Of a stretch of 64,000 nucleotides of DNA, positions 9,974-20,328 are shown piece after piece. A program made the translations under genes and the position numbers. The stretch comes from Candidatus Altimarinota bacterium (GTDB taxonomy: Bacteria > Patescibacteriota > Gracilibacteria > 1-14-2-50-48-13), in contig JBKBWQ010000001.1 of assembly GCA_046314355.1 (NCBI GenBank), positions 128,001 to 192,000 of the forward strand, given 5' to 3'. The first letter of the stretch is position 1, and each line of letters opens with the position of its first letter. The notes below the pieces were generated by a model. It did not search any database and was not told the origin of the DNA. It was given only the letters and a program-made list of their open reading frames with translations.

Positions 9974-10660
9974 TTAAGAATGAACTTTTGTATGATACAG
10001 ATCAATGATTTTTTGTGCTGTATCTTCAATGGTCATATGTGATGAATCTATGATACATGCATTCTCCGGAACTTTCAATGCTCCAAAAGCCTTACTTTTA
10101 TCATTGGTGTCGCGGATGATTGTATCCTGCAGGATTTGCTCATATGTAAGGTTACCGATCTTACCACTCTGCATGAGTTGTTCCATCCGTCTTTGAGCAC
10201 GGATCTCTGGTGATGCGTCAAGATATATTTTAAGATCAGCATGTGGAAACACGACGCTGCCAGTATCTCTGCCATCAATAATAATATCATGACTAATCGA
10301 TAGCTCTCTGAGGAGAATATTTACTTTTTCTCGGACGGGAATAAATTTACTAAAATCAGAGGTTGCTAAAGATACCTTTGGATCACGAATTTCTGCTCCG
10401 ACTAACTTTCCGTTTAATATCCATTTGATTCTCTTTTCTTCAATCTGCATATCGACATGCACGTTTTTGAGCTCTACAACTATATGATCCTGATTGGTAG
10501 GCAGTTCATTGTTAAATACTTTTAAAAAATGTACGGTGATCAATCTATATAATGCTCCGGAATCAAGCTGAATAAGACCAAGAGTCTTACCAACTATCTT
10601 TGCAACAGTACCTTTACCAGCTCCAGCGGGTCCATCTATAGTGACAATACGACGTGACAT
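9974..10660 (-). CDS. cmk: Cytidylate kinase
   Basis: TIDGPAGAGKGT, LDSGALYR, DGRDTGSVVFPHADLKIYLDASPEIRAQRR. Confidence 0.95.
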   Translation of the reverse strand: MSRRIVTIDGPAGAGKGTVAKIVGKTLGLIQLDSGALYRLITVHFLKVFNNELPTNQDHIVVELKNVHVDMQIEEKRIKWILNGKLVGAEIRDPKVSLATSDFSKFIPVREKVNILLRELSISHDIIIDGRDTGSVVFPHADLKIYLDASPEIRAQRRMEQLMQSGKIGNLTYEQILQDTIIRDTNDKSKAFGALKVPENACIIDSSHMTIEDTAQKIIDLYHTKVHS

Positions 10661-10730
10661 AAATACAACATAGAATATATTTTATCTACTATGTGAGAAA
10701 CTGATATTCTTGTAAATTGAAAAGAAAAAA

Positions 10731-12428
10731 TTATTTATAGAGCCAGCATGATTCATCTGTGAGCTTCGCTTTGACACATGTGGAGAGTATCTTTACTTGA
10801 TCAAGCATGGAAGTCCCGTAACGTTCATTAGAAAGAAGAGTAGAACCTTCATCAAGATCATTCCATCCATCAAGCATAAAGAGGGGATTCACGGCATTTA
10901 TTGAACTAATAGTGTTCTTTGCCACATGAAGGCTGTACATGAACCACTTAGCTGAGCTACCCAGTACCACTATTGGCTCCTTTGTCTCATCAAAACGTGT
11001 ATCATAAAATGCCCGTACACTTGGATAGATAGGATTTAATCCGCTATTACTGTATGTTGCATGTGCAAGTGTCTCAAAAAGATCATGGAATGTTTTATAG
11101 GTTAACACATTACCAACCTTTTCTTTTACATATGAAATTTGAGATTTCATAACATACGCTTCAAATCCTGCCTCTTTTGCTGCGATGGTAATGCCGTTTG
11201 TAAGCGTATTAGCATCACTAAATACAAAGACAAAATAAGGATCAATTCTCTGTTTAAGAAGTTCAAGGATTCTTTTAATCTTTTCCTTATTTATCTTCAA
11301 AGCTTCCTCCGTATAGCCGCCGATAAATAACATAGGTCTGCCATCCTCTCCTTTGAGATAGCGGGATGCTGATGTATAATTTGCAGCAAGAGTAAGCCCT
11401 AAAGCATTGATATCTTCATCCTTAGCGAGTAATAGTTCGCTTGTAAGATTGAGATGCAGCGCAAATCCTACCTTTGATTCAGGATGTGCTTTATTATAAT
11501 TTAAAGCATAGTTTTTCTCAGATGAAGTACTCCTACTGAGAAAGTTCCAGGAAAAATCATAGGCAAAGAATTGAATGCCGTTTTTGAAAGCCATATTGAG
11601 CTCCTGAGAGAGAAAAGCTTCACTGCTGAAATTTGAAGATGACAAAGGTTTCATGTCAGGATTCTTTGCAAGAAACGCATTTGCAGCTTTATAAGACGTG
11701 CTTCCTTCATTCCATTTCTGATTATAAAATGAACCGATCTTTGCGTGGGCTTCATCACCGGTGACTAGATATGCGTTACCGGATGTAACTTTTAATTCAG
11801 CATCATCGTAGATAATTCCTTGGTCGCCATTGCTTGAATAGCAGTTTTCCGCGGAACAGTTCTGCCATAAATATACTACAAATCCTGGCACACTTCCATA
11901 TGATGGATAGTCAGGAATCGTGTAGGACACTTCTATTTTTTTCCATGTGGGATCTCCGGGAGTCAGAAGAACTCCACCGTAATTCTGTTTTCCTTGAGGT
12001 CCTTGATGGGTAAGTTCAATTACGGCATATTGAGGAGAAGTATTTGCGGCTGCTGATTTTGCCCAGACACTATAGGTGAAAGTGCTCTTTGGTGCTCCCT
12101 TGATAGCTACAACCTGACCCACTCCCCATCTTTTTACTTCTATGGCTTTGCTCCCAGTCCGAGCTTGAGTAGAGGAAGTAACTCTTCCTTCAAAACCGTT
12201 ACTGAGCCTCCATGCTGCTTCACGGCTTCCTACAACATTTGCCCCGATGATGCCAGATTCAAAACCAGCATCATCTAGTAAATTACCTGTTGATGTTTCC
12301 GGGTAATTCACACCATTTTCACTATTAATGCTTGCCTTTGCAAAGTCTAGTGGACCCACCTGAGAAAGTGCAAATGATCCTACCAGAAGCAGAAGACTTA
12401 AAGCTGATATTTTATGTGTAATATGCAT
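10731..12428 (-). CDS. Secreted protein: CBM-like domain plus degenerate GH99-like TIM barrel
   Basis: Signal peptide, NLLDDAGFESG carbohydrate-binding-module-like start, MAFKNGIQFFAYDF, GWNDLDEGSTL. Confidence 0.65.
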   Translation of the reverse strand: MHITHKISALSLLLLVGSFALSQVGPLDFAKASINSENGVNYPETSTGNLLDDAGFESGIIGANVVGSREAAWRLSNGFEGRVTSSTQARTGSKAIEVKRWGVGQVVAIKGAPKSTFTYSVWAKSAAANTSPQYAVIELTHQGPQGKQNYGGVLLTPGDPTWKKIEVSYTIPDYPSYGSVPGFVVYLWQNCSAENCYSSNGDQGIIYDDAELKVTSGNAYLVTGDEAHAKIGSFYNQKWNEGSTSYKAANAFLAKNPDMKPLSSSNFSSEAFLSQELNMAFKNGIQFFAYDFSWNFLSRSTSSEKNYALNYNKAHPESKVGFALHLNLTSELLLAKDEDINALGLTLAANYTSASRYLKGEDGRPMLFIGGYTEEALKINKEKIKRILELLKQRIDPYFVFVFSDANTLTNGITIAAKEAGFEAYVMKSQISYVKEKVGNVLTYKTFHDLFETLAHATYSNSGLNPIYPSVRAFYDTRFDETKEPIVVLGSSAKWFMYSLHVAKNTISSINAVNPLFMLDGWNDLDEGSTLLSNERYGTSMLDQVKILSTCVKAKLTDESCWLYK

Positions 12429-12438
12429 GAAGTGAATA

Positions 12439-14586
12439 TTATTGAACTAAGGAATAGATAATCTTTGCAGCTTCACCTCTCGTTATTGTTCTGTTTGGTT
12501 CAAAGAAAGGTCTGCTGTCGATAAGTTTTTTAGATGCTGCTGTATATATGTACCCAGAGTACCAGCTTGATTTTGAGATATCTCTAAAATACAAAGCGTT
12601 CATATTCTCAAACTTCTTTGATTCAGCTGATTCATCGATACCTGAAGCTTCGATTACCATTTTTACAAACTCAGCTCTGGTCACAGAACGTGCCGGCTCA
12701 TAGCTGCCTGCAGATACTCCCTGTATGATTTTGTTTTCAAATCCGTATCCAATATATGATGCAAACCATGATGCAAGAGGTACATCTTTGAAATAGACAT
12801 AACTATAATTTGGATGAGATTTTTTAAAGTTATTTATAAAACTCTCTGTCTCTGCTGACTTATTTGTTGCTGCAAGTACCAGCTTGAGAGCTTCTGCTCT
12901 ATTTAATGATGAATTAGGAGCAAAAGTGTTTGCAGTTCTACCTTGGATGATATCTTTATCAAACAGTGCTTTTATAGCATTTTCTGCAAAGTGTCCTGAG
13001 ATATCTCTAAAGAGAATTTGCTTTGGTGCACTCGGTCGTACATTTAATGAGGAATTTGTATTATTGTTAGTTGGATATTGTACAATGTAATTATATTGTG
13101 CTCCTGCTGCCTGTGTTTTTACAGGATCAGGATTACTATTTGAATTATTTATTACAATTACAGGAGTATTAGTATTACTGTTATTATTCGAAAGCATATT
13201 TGTGTTCGAATTTATAATTGGAGCAGTATTTGTATTACTATTTTCAATAATAACATTTTCATTTCCCTGAGCATTCACATTGTTATTTGCTGGAAGTCCA
13301 ATTTCAGAAATTGTATTTGTATTAAGGTTCTGATTTGAAACAGCTGGTTCTTTGAAAGGTGAAAAATCATCAGGAAGCGCAGGCAGATCACAGTTATGCT
13401 GAGCCATACATGTTTTTACTTTTTTCAGCGCTTCAAGGGCACCAAACTTCCACTGTTTTGTAGGAAGCAGATAGGCTCCTTCTCCCATTTCATTCCATGA
13501 TTGAATGATAATTGTCTGAAATGCTTTAGGTTGTGCCTGCAGTATATTATATGCGAGCTTCAGCTGAGCTTCAAACCACTTTGGATCATTTTGCAGAAGC
13601 TGTGTCGCAGGTATCAACGCCCATGGTTTTTCATTTCTTCCTGGGAGTATTCCAGGATAAATCTCAATACTGCTGGTTGGAAGTGTTTTATATAACTCAG
13701 ACATGGCTCTCGCAGCATAATCTTTGAAGACTTCATATTGAGAGACGCTTGTCTGATGATAGCCCCCGTTTCCATTGAGATATCCCCATCCAATAGCAGC
13801 ATCAGTTTCTAGACCTTTTAATGATGCATTTGTTGCACTATCCATACCATCTGCCACCACCGCGATATGTAAGTTGAATTTGTCTTTTAATTTTTTATAA
13901 AATGCTTGCATACGTGCGACACCTCTATTCCAGTCAGGATTTTGTCCATTGGCATCCAATGATAGAGATCTGATGGTATCTCCCCAGTTCCAGTAAGTGA
14001 AGAAAGGTTTCCCCTCAGGGGTTCTCATAAAGTCGGGATCTGTAAAATAGTTATCCTCCCAGAATTTTGTTAGTATTTCAAGATCCGCATCTGAAAGAGG
14101 CGAGCCGTCATGATTACACCAGAGGAGCGTATATTTTAATCTTCCGTTATTTATCTTTTTAAAGGCTTCAAGAGCGTATGCAAGATCGTTTGTTGGTGAT
14201 TTTCCAGGCATTTTAGTGTATTTATCCCAATACCAGTCAAAGATAAAGTAATCCACTCCGTGATCCTTTGCCCATGTGATTTCCTTGTCCATGGATGCAA
14301 GTGTAGTCATATCTTCCCAGCCATCTATTTTCTCTCGTTCAGGAAACTCCTCTTTAATTGAATGGTAAACATTCCATTCGTAATTATTAGGTGCCCATCC
14401 TGGGAAGTAAAATACACCTACGGCTACTTTACCGCTTCCTGTTTCAGCAAGAGAACTCCCTGTTGATGTAGGGAGTATACTTGCTTGGAAAAGTTGAGGG
14501 TTGAGAAAGCCTAAGAATGCAGCCATGAGAGCAAAGCTTCCTATAATTCCTCCTGCAATGAGAGTATTTTTTATTTTTATATTCAT
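12439..14586 (-). CDS. Secreted GH99-like (WbsX-like) glycoside hydrolase with Asn-rich linker and C-terminal SLH domains
   Basis: VGVFYFPGW, WAKDHGVDYFIFDWYW, SWNEMGEGAYLLP; FRDISGHFA..FAPNSSLNRAE, VTRAE, ITRGEAA SLH motifs. Confidence 0.8.
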   Translation of the reverse strand: MNIKIKNTLIAGGIIGSFALMAAFLGFLNPQLFQASILPTSTGSSLAETGSGKVAVGVFYFPGWAPNNYEWNVYHSIKEEFPEREKIDGWEDMTTLASMDKEITWAKDHGVDYFIFDWYWDKYTKMPGKSPTNDLAYALEAFKKINNGRLKYTLLWCNHDGSPLSDADLEILTKFWEDNYFTDPDFMRTPEGKPFFTYWNWGDTIRSLSLDANGQNPDWNRGVARMQAFYKKLKDKFNLHIAVVADGMDSATNASLKGLETDAAIGWGYLNGNGGYHQTSVSQYEVFKDYAARAMSELYKTLPTSSIEIYPGILPGRNEKPWALIPATQLLQNDPKWFEAQLKLAYNILQAQPKAFQTIIIQSWNEMGEGAYLLPTKQWKFGALEALKKVKTCMAQHNCDLPALPDDFSPFKEPAVSNQNLNTNTISEIGLPANNNVNAQGNENVIIENSNTNTAPIINSNTNMLSNNNSNTNTPVIVINNSNSNPDPVKTQAAGAQYNYIVQYPTNNNTNSSLNVRPSAPKQILFRDISGHFAENAIKALFDKDIIQGRTANTFAPNSSLNRAEALKLVLAATNKSAETESFINNFKKSHPNYSYVYFKDVPLASWFASYIGYGFENKIIQGVSAGSYEPARSVTRAEFVKMVIEASGIDESAESKKFENMNALYFRDISKSSWYSGYIYTAASKKLIDSRPFFEPNRTITRGEAAKIIYSLVQ

Positions 14587-14587
14587 A

Positions 14588-16543
14588 TTATTTTTGAAGA
14601 TGAGGAAGTAGCTTCTCACTTATTTTCTCCGCTATGCCGCGCATACCTACGTCACCAGGGTGCCAAAGTACGCCAGGCATCCAATTGTGTTCATTTGACG
14701 ATGGATGTGAGAGGGGATTATTGACTACTGACGTGATATCAATGAAGTCAGCACCAAACTCCGAAGCAAGAGGTGTCATAATCTGATTGCGAGGTCCTTG
14801 TGCGAGAGTAGATTCCGCCCAGCTGCCGACCATAAGGATAGGAACTTTTATTTCAGCACTCAGAAAAGTGAGCAACGCTCTATAGTTTTTTTCATATGCT
14901 TCTAGTTCTTTAGAAGCATCCGCAGGACTTTCCCGGTTTTCTGCAAGCTGTATCACTATGACATCAGGTCTTACTTTTTTAATGGCATCCTGCTGCAGTA
15001 TATTTAAGTATCCATAGATGACGCCTCCACCGCTCGGCAAATCTTTCCCGGGAATAAGAGGAATGATTGGATGACCGCCTTCACTAACGATCTTTTGAAC
15101 CTGGTGTACATAGTCCTTATCTTCAGTACTTGCAGCCATTCCCCAGTTCCCATCCCAAGAGAGACCATCCCAGTTTGCATCTGCTAAAGGGGGATGAAAG
15201 GTAAGGGAATTGCCAAGAAAGAGTACTCGTTTAGGTCTTGGAATTTGAATACTAAACTCCTCTGCAATTTTTGAACGCAGCTGAGTAATTGCAGCTAAAA
15301 ATTGTGTATTCCACTGTCGTGTAGGAATAATAGGCTCCATATGGGCATAATCATTCCAGCTGTTGATTAGTAAAAACTCTGGAGTTTTATTCGCAAGGTG
15401 CATAGCTGTGATAAACATAGTGCCAAGCTCTTCAAATTCCTCAGGCGATTGACCTGTAATCACAGCTGGTATTTTTGACATATCAGCTACAGGATGCGGA
15501 TCCCATCCTGCCAGTAGGGAAGGAATATATATAATGTTTCTCTGCTGTGTGTTTATAAGATTCATAAACTTCTCCATTACTTTTCTATAATTTGAATAGA
15601 AAGCGAGGGGTTCTGTTTTTTCCATCACACTTATACCTGAATATCCAGCTATGGTTTCAAATCCAAGTGAAGCAAGCGTCTCAGATATAATTATTGGAAG
15701 TCTTTTCTGATAAAAATATTCTTGATATGGTATAGTATTTGGTCTTAATTCCTGCTGTCCTATAGGTCTAGATAAATCAATCTGATAATGACTGTAAGCA
15801 TTCGAAAGCGCACCATTTCTAATGGCATTCTTAATATCGGGAAATACTTCGCGGTATGTTTCTTCATCAAAAGGAAATGTACCAGTAATTGTAGGACTTA
15901 AATCATCCACTGCTATAAGATCGGCGTTTATCGTTGCTTTAAGTGTAGAAAAAAAATCCTTTGTATTCGGCAGAGAACCTCCAGCAATCAGATCTTTATT
16001 ATCAAGAGTTTGTGTCAGAGCATGTATGTTTTTTACAAAGACCACAGGCTTTAGTGTCTTATTCTTTAAATACCCTGAGATGTTCAGATTTTTCTTTATT
16101 TCTTCGACTGTTTCAGAATTTGTAAGATTTGATGCTTCTACAGCTAATGCATAGGAAAAGTTTGGCTGAAGATTTTCACTCAGTTTATTAAAAAACTGCT
16201 TCTCTTCTGCAGCTGCCATATTTGTACTTTGTACAATAAAGAAATCTATTCCTGCATTTTTAGCAGTCTCGATTTCTTTTTTAAGATACACAGTACTTGT
16301 TACATCCTCCTTTGAAATAATTGGAAGCCTCCCGGGATAAGCATTTACTATTGATCCTATCTGAGGTTCAGTACTTTCATATATTGGAGAATAGTATGCA
16401 CCTATTTTTAATGGCAGATTTGCCTCAATATTTGGCTGTGAAATAACATCAGAACGGAACATAGTACCATTTGAAATTATTCCGAACCCTATAAAAGACG
16501 CTATCCCCACAATTCCGAGCAGAAGAGCATTAGTTTTTCGCAT
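14588..16543 (-). CDS. Secreted protein: degenerate GH99-like domain plus C-terminal SGNH/GDSL hydrolase
   Basis: IGAYY, AKNAGIDFF, INSWNDY; VLFLGNSLTFH, QLAEN, HPGDVGM. Confidence 0.7.
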   Translation of the reverse strand: MRKTNALLLGIVGIASFIGFGIISNGTMFRSDVISQPNIEANLPLKIGAYYSPIYESTEPQIGSIVNAYPGRLPIISKEDVTSTVYLKKEIETAKNAGIDFFIVQSTNMAAAEEKQFFNKLSENLQPNFSYALAVEASNLTNSETVEEIKKNLNISGYLKNKTLKPVVFVKNIHALTQTLDNKDLIAGGSLPNTKDFFSTLKATINADLIAVDDLSPTITGTFPFDEETYREVFPDIKNAIRNGALSNAYSHYQIDLSRPIGQQELRPNTIPYQEYFYQKRLPIIISETLASLGFETIAGYSGISVMEKTEPLAFYSNYRKVMEKFMNLINTQQRNIIYIPSLLAGWDPHPVADMSKIPAVITGQSPEEFEELGTMFITAMHLANKTPEFLLINSWNDYAHMEPIIPTRQWNTQFLAAITQLRSKIAEEFSIQIPRPKRVLFLGNSLTFHPPLADANWDGLSWDGNWGMAASTEDKDYVHQVQKIVSEGGHPIIPLIPGKDLPSGGGVIYGYLNILQQDAIKKVRPDVIVIQLAENRESPADASKELEAYEKNYRALLTFLSAEIKVPILMVGSWAESTLAQGPRNQIMTPLASEFGADFIDITSVVNNPLSHPSSNEHNWMPGVLWHPGDVGMRGIAEKISEKLLPHLQK

Positions 16544-16654
16544 GGCTGTTTGTTTATGTATATTTTTCTATCTATTTATAATACTCCTAGTAGGGTCTTT
16601 TTGTCAAAAAACCACATTTGTCATATACTATAGGTAGATTATTTTCTGCCTACT

Positions 16655-17977
16655 ATGTATTCAACAGCGGTTCAAATTGTACAAACACTGAGAAAAAATG
16701 GCTTTGATGCATACTTTGCAGGTGGATTTGTACGTGATTTGTTACTAAAGAAAGAGCATAAGGATATAGATATTGCGACCTCAGCTCATCCAGAGCAGAT
16801 TGAAGCACTCTTTTCTAAGACTTATCCCATTGGAAAACAGTTTGGAGTTATCCTTGTTCAGGAGAGCGGACACACCTTTGAGGTGGCAAGTTTCCGTTCT
16901 GATAGTGGATATTCAGATGGTAGAAGACCAGATTTCGTAACATTTACTACAGCAAAGGAGGATGCCCAGAGGAGAGATTTTACGATTAATGGGATGTTTT
17001 ATGATCCGCTGAAAGAAGAAGTATTAGACTTTGTTGGAGGTAAAAGAGATGTCGAGGCGCGAGTGATAAGGTTTATCGGCAATCCGGTAGAAAGATTAAG
17101 GGAAGATCATTTAAGGCTGCTACGAGCGGTACGCTTTGCTCATCAGATAGATGGACAGTTCGAACCAAACACATATGCAGCCATCAAACAGGAAGCACAT
17201 CTGATCACAAATGTGTCTGCTGAACGAATTCAGCAGGAACTTTCGAAAATATTATTACTCAGATCAAGAGCTAGAGCCTTGGAGGATCTGCAGGATTTAG
17301 GTTTACTTCAGTATATTTTACCAGAAGTAGAGCTTCTTAAAGGAGTCGCGCAGCCAAAAAATTTTCACCAGGAGGGAAGTGTTTGGGATCATGCTATGAA
17401 GTCTATAGATTCACTTTCAGGTGAAGATGCAGAAGATATCACACTTATTTGGGCAGTACTACTGCATGATATTGGGAAGCCTGCAACTTTTTCTGTGGAT
17501 GAAAGGATACGTTATAACGGACATGCTGAAGTCTCTGCAGAGATGGCTAGTGTCATTATGAAGAGGCTTAAATTTCCAAACACATATAGTGAGAAAATTC
17601 AGTGGGCGATCGGGCGTCATATGTCACTTGAGCATTTAAGTGATCCAGACACTCCAGAGATCTCTAGACGAAAATTTATAACTCATCCATGGTTTCCCTT
17701 TCTCCTGGAGCTGCATAAGGCTGATGTACAAGGTACAATTCCTGCCGATCTGCAGCTTTATGAAGACCTATTAAAAATTCACAAAGATATTATTTCATCA
17801 CTACCTCAAGTACTTCCAAAGCTTATCTCTGGCGATGAAGTCATGAAGCTTATGCATGTTGAGAAAGGACCAGAACTCGGAAAAATCATGACTGAAATTA
17901 AAGACTGGCAATTGTTAGGAGAAGTGAAGACAAAAGAGGAAGTACTACAAAAGTTGAGGAAGAGTACTAAAGTATGA
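16655..17977 (+). CDS. cca: CCA tRNA nucleotidyltransferase with HD domain
   Basis: GGFVRDLLL..DIDIAT, RRDFTING, EDHLRLLRAVRF, LLHDIGK. Confidence 0.92.
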   Translation: MYSTAVQIVQTLRKNGFDAYFAGGFVRDLLLKKEHKDIDIATSAHPEQIEALFSKTYPIGKQFGVILVQESGHTFEVASFRSDSGYSDGRRPDFVTFTTAKEDAQRRDFTINGMFYDPLKEEVLDFVGGKRDVEARVIRFIGNPVERLREDHLRLLRAVRFAHQIDGQFEPNTYAAIKQEAHLITNVSAERIQQELSKILLLRSRARALEDLQDLGLLQYILPEVELLKGVAQPKNFHQEGSVWDHAMKSIDSLSGEDAEDITLIWAVLLHDIGKPATFSVDERIRYNGHAEVSAEMASVIMKRLKFPNTYSEKIQWAIGRHMSLEHLSDPDTPEISRRKFITHPWFPFLLELHKADVQGTIPADLQLYEDLLKIHKDIISSLPQVLPKLISGDEVMKLMHVEKGPELGKIMTEIKDWQLLGEVKTKEEVLQKLRKSTKV

Positions 17978-18125
17978 GTAACTTTAATAACCTATGCTAT
18001 GTTTATGCTTAATAATTAAGAGTGAACTCTTTGTCCTCTTTTTGTAAATGATGACAAAATGTAATTTATATGCTATAATAACCTATTAATGAGAGACTTA
18101 AAGTTTACAATTTGTGCTTACACCT

Positions 18126-19115
18126 ATGTTTAAGGTTCTCGTTACACGGCAAATACCCGAAAAAGGCATTGAACTTCTGCGAAATGCAGGATTAGATGTT
18201 GAGGTCTGGTCACAGCCAAATCCCATGAATCGCGAAGAATTATATGAGAGAGCAAAAGATAAAGATGCGGTGATTTCTACTGTTGCTGAGAAAATAGATG
18301 GAGATTTCTTTAATGCTTGTCCCTTCATAAAGGCAGTGGCAAACTATGGCACTCACTTTGATAACTTTGATGTGGGAGAAGCATGTGACCGTGAAATTGC
18401 TCTTACATATACTCCTGGAGTCTATGTAGAATCACTGGCAGAGCATGCTGTGAGTCTTATGCTCGCCTTGTCCCGGCATGTTGTAGCAGGACAAAAATAT
18501 ATCAATGATGGTCACTTTAAAAGATGGGATCCGCTGCTCTTTCGAGGTATGGAGCTGAAAGGAAAAACTCTTGGCTTGATTGGATATGGAATGGTAGGTC
18601 AGCGTGTAGCACAGATCACTAATTTAGGATTTGGAATGCATGTTATTTATAATGACTACGAGGAAGTAGAAAATGCACATGGAAGTTTTAGGACTCTGGA
18701 TGCTCTTCTTGCTGAGTCAGATATTATTTCTGTTCATCTACCCAACCGTCCATCTACGCATCGACTCCTAGGCGCGGAACAGTTTAGAAAAATGAAAGAC
18801 AAGGTACTGATCATTAATACGTCACGAGGTACAGTTATCGATGAGCAGGCTCTTGTACAGAACATACGAGGAGGGAAAATAGGCGGTGCTGCTCTTGATA
18901 TTTTGAGCTGTGAAGTACTGAATGTGTGTAATGCAGATGACCATGCAGATCTAAAGAAGCTTCATAATGTAATTCTGACTCCCCAGATAGGAAGCTCTAC
19001 TCATGAAGCCCGCGATGCCATGGCTGAGATGGTTGCGGTAGATATTATTGCAGTGGCTGAGGGAAGGATACCTCAAGGAATCATCAACCCAGAAATATAT
19101 GAATGTTATAGATAG
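18126..19115 (+). CDS. D-2-hydroxyacid dehydrogenase family (glyoxylate reductase-like), catalytic His apparently replaced
   Basis: GKTLGLIGYGMVG, INTSRG, AALD, TPQIGS in place of TPHIGS. Confidence 0.85.
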   Translation: MFKVLVTRQIPEKGIELLRNAGLDVEVWSQPNPMNREELYERAKDKDAVISTVAEKIDGDFFNACPFIKAVANYGTHFDNFDVGEACDREIALTYTPGVYVESLAEHAVSLMLALSRHVVAGQKYINDGHFKRWDPLLFRGMELKGKTLGLIGYGMVGQRVAQITNLGFGMHVIYNDYEEVENAHGSFRTLDALLAESDIISVHLPNRPSTHRLLGAEQFRKMKDKVLIINTSRGTVIDEQALVQNIRGGKIGGAALDILSCEVLNVCNADDHADLKKLHNVILTPQIGSSTHEARDAMAEMVAVDIIAVAEGRIPQGIINPEIYECYR

Positions 19116-19116
19116 T

Positions 19117-19152
19117 TAAAAAAAGCCCTCCAGCATTGGAGGGCTTTTTTTA
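19117..19152. terminator. Bidirectional intrinsic terminator
   Basis: aaaaaaagccctcca-gcat-tggagggcttttttt. Confidence 0.85.
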
Positions 19153-19161
19153 TAGGGCAGA

Positions 19162-19572
19162 TTATTTTCTTTTCTTCTTTTTAGATAATGAAAGGTAAGG
19201 ATCTGCTTTCTTAACAGTATTGGGTGTAATATCTTTTGCCTGATGATATGAAGTTCTTCCAATAAGATACGTAACAAATGCTATCACCCAAAGTAGAAAG
19301 AAGACTCTCATAGATAAAATCGGAATCCCATTGAGACGAAAAATAACAAGCAGCATTCCTAGAATTGAAAACCAGAAGATATGGCTTACCATGGGAACGA
19401 GATTCTTTTTTCTTGTCTTATCAAGACTATGACTCCTCGTATAAATCATAAGTGCGATTGAGACACCTAGGATTGCTAGAAAGAAGATAATAGCAAAAGA
19501 TGCATATTTGAAATCTGGACCTGGATTGAGGTCAAAAAGATACATGGGAATATATTCAAGAACATTGAGCAT
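19162..19572 (-). CDS. Hypothetical membrane protein (about 3 TM)
   Basis: Hydrophobic segments, basic C-terminus. Confidence 0.65.
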   Translation of the reverse strand: MLNVLEYIPMYLFDLNPGPDFKYASFAIIFFLAILGVSIALMIYTRSHSLDKTRKKNLVPMVSHIFWFSILGMLLVIFRLNGIPILSMRVFFLLWVIAFVTYLIGRTSYHQAKDITPNTVKKADPYLSLSKKKKRK

Positions 19573-19750
19573 AGGAGAGGGGTTGGAAATGAGGATAGTT
19601 CTATTATACAGCTCATGAGTGAAGTATGCAAAATTAGCTATGTCTCTGTAAAAAGATTTTAAAAATACTGAAATTTTATGGAAGGTATGGTAGTATAGTT
19701 CCCCATGATTAATTATTATCTCAAGTGGTATTTTTTAAGTAGAAACATCT

Positions 19751-20260
19751 ATGAACAAACCTGAACTTCGAACTTTTTTTGGTAAAAAGCGTGCAGTACT
19801 CTCATCCCAGGAGATAAAAGATAAAAGCAGTAGTATCTGTGAAAAAGTAGTATCGAGCCATGAATGGCAAAATGCTAAAGTGGTTATTCTTTATGAATCT
19901 ATAGGTCAGGAGGTGCAAACTATTCGTCTGCTCTTAGAAGCCATGTCTTCCGATAAGATTATGGCAACAACAGGTAAAAAAGAGAATAACTATGCTTTGA
20001 TTAGCTATCCAGATCTAAAAGAATTACATAGCAGTATTTCTCCTGATCTTATCATACTACCAGCGGTATCCTGTGCAAAAGACGGAAGCAGGCTAGGACG
20101 TGGCGGCGGATATTATGATAAGCTGCTGGCAAGGTTTCCTGATGCATTTACGATAGCTTTAGTCTATGAGAGTCAGCTATCAGATTGTCTGCCTCTGGAA
20201 GCTCATGATAAAAAAGTAAAAATGGTGGTCACTGAAAATAATGTATATATTTCTTCTTAA
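19751..20260 (+). CDS. 5-formyltetrahydrofolate cyclo-ligase
   Basis: KPELR N-terminus, DLIILPAV, RLGRGGGYYDKLL, EAHD. Confidence 0.9.
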   Translation: MNKPELRTFFGKKRAVLSSQEIKDKSSSICEKVVSSHEWQNAKVVILYESIGQEVQTIRLLLEAMSSDKIMATTGKKENNYALISYPDLKELHSSISPDLIILPAVSCAKDGSRLGRGGGYYDKLLARFPDAFTIALVYESQLSDCLPLEAHDKKVKMVVTENNVYISS

Positions 20261-20328
20261 GAGATACCTAATTGCTATTTTATCTTCTTTCAGTATACTA
20301 AGTTTTGTTTATTCTTTTCGATTGATTA

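Noticed and set aside
13090-13335. Asn-rich stretch (and the Thr-rich stretch at 38180-38335) as DNA repeats
   Set aside because: Low-complexity protein linkers without nucleotide-level periodicity
19573-19750. 6S RNA upstream of the 5-formyl-THF cyclo-ligase (common ssrS-ygfA synteny)
   Set aside because: No long end-to-end hairpin; the space is explained by divergent promoters
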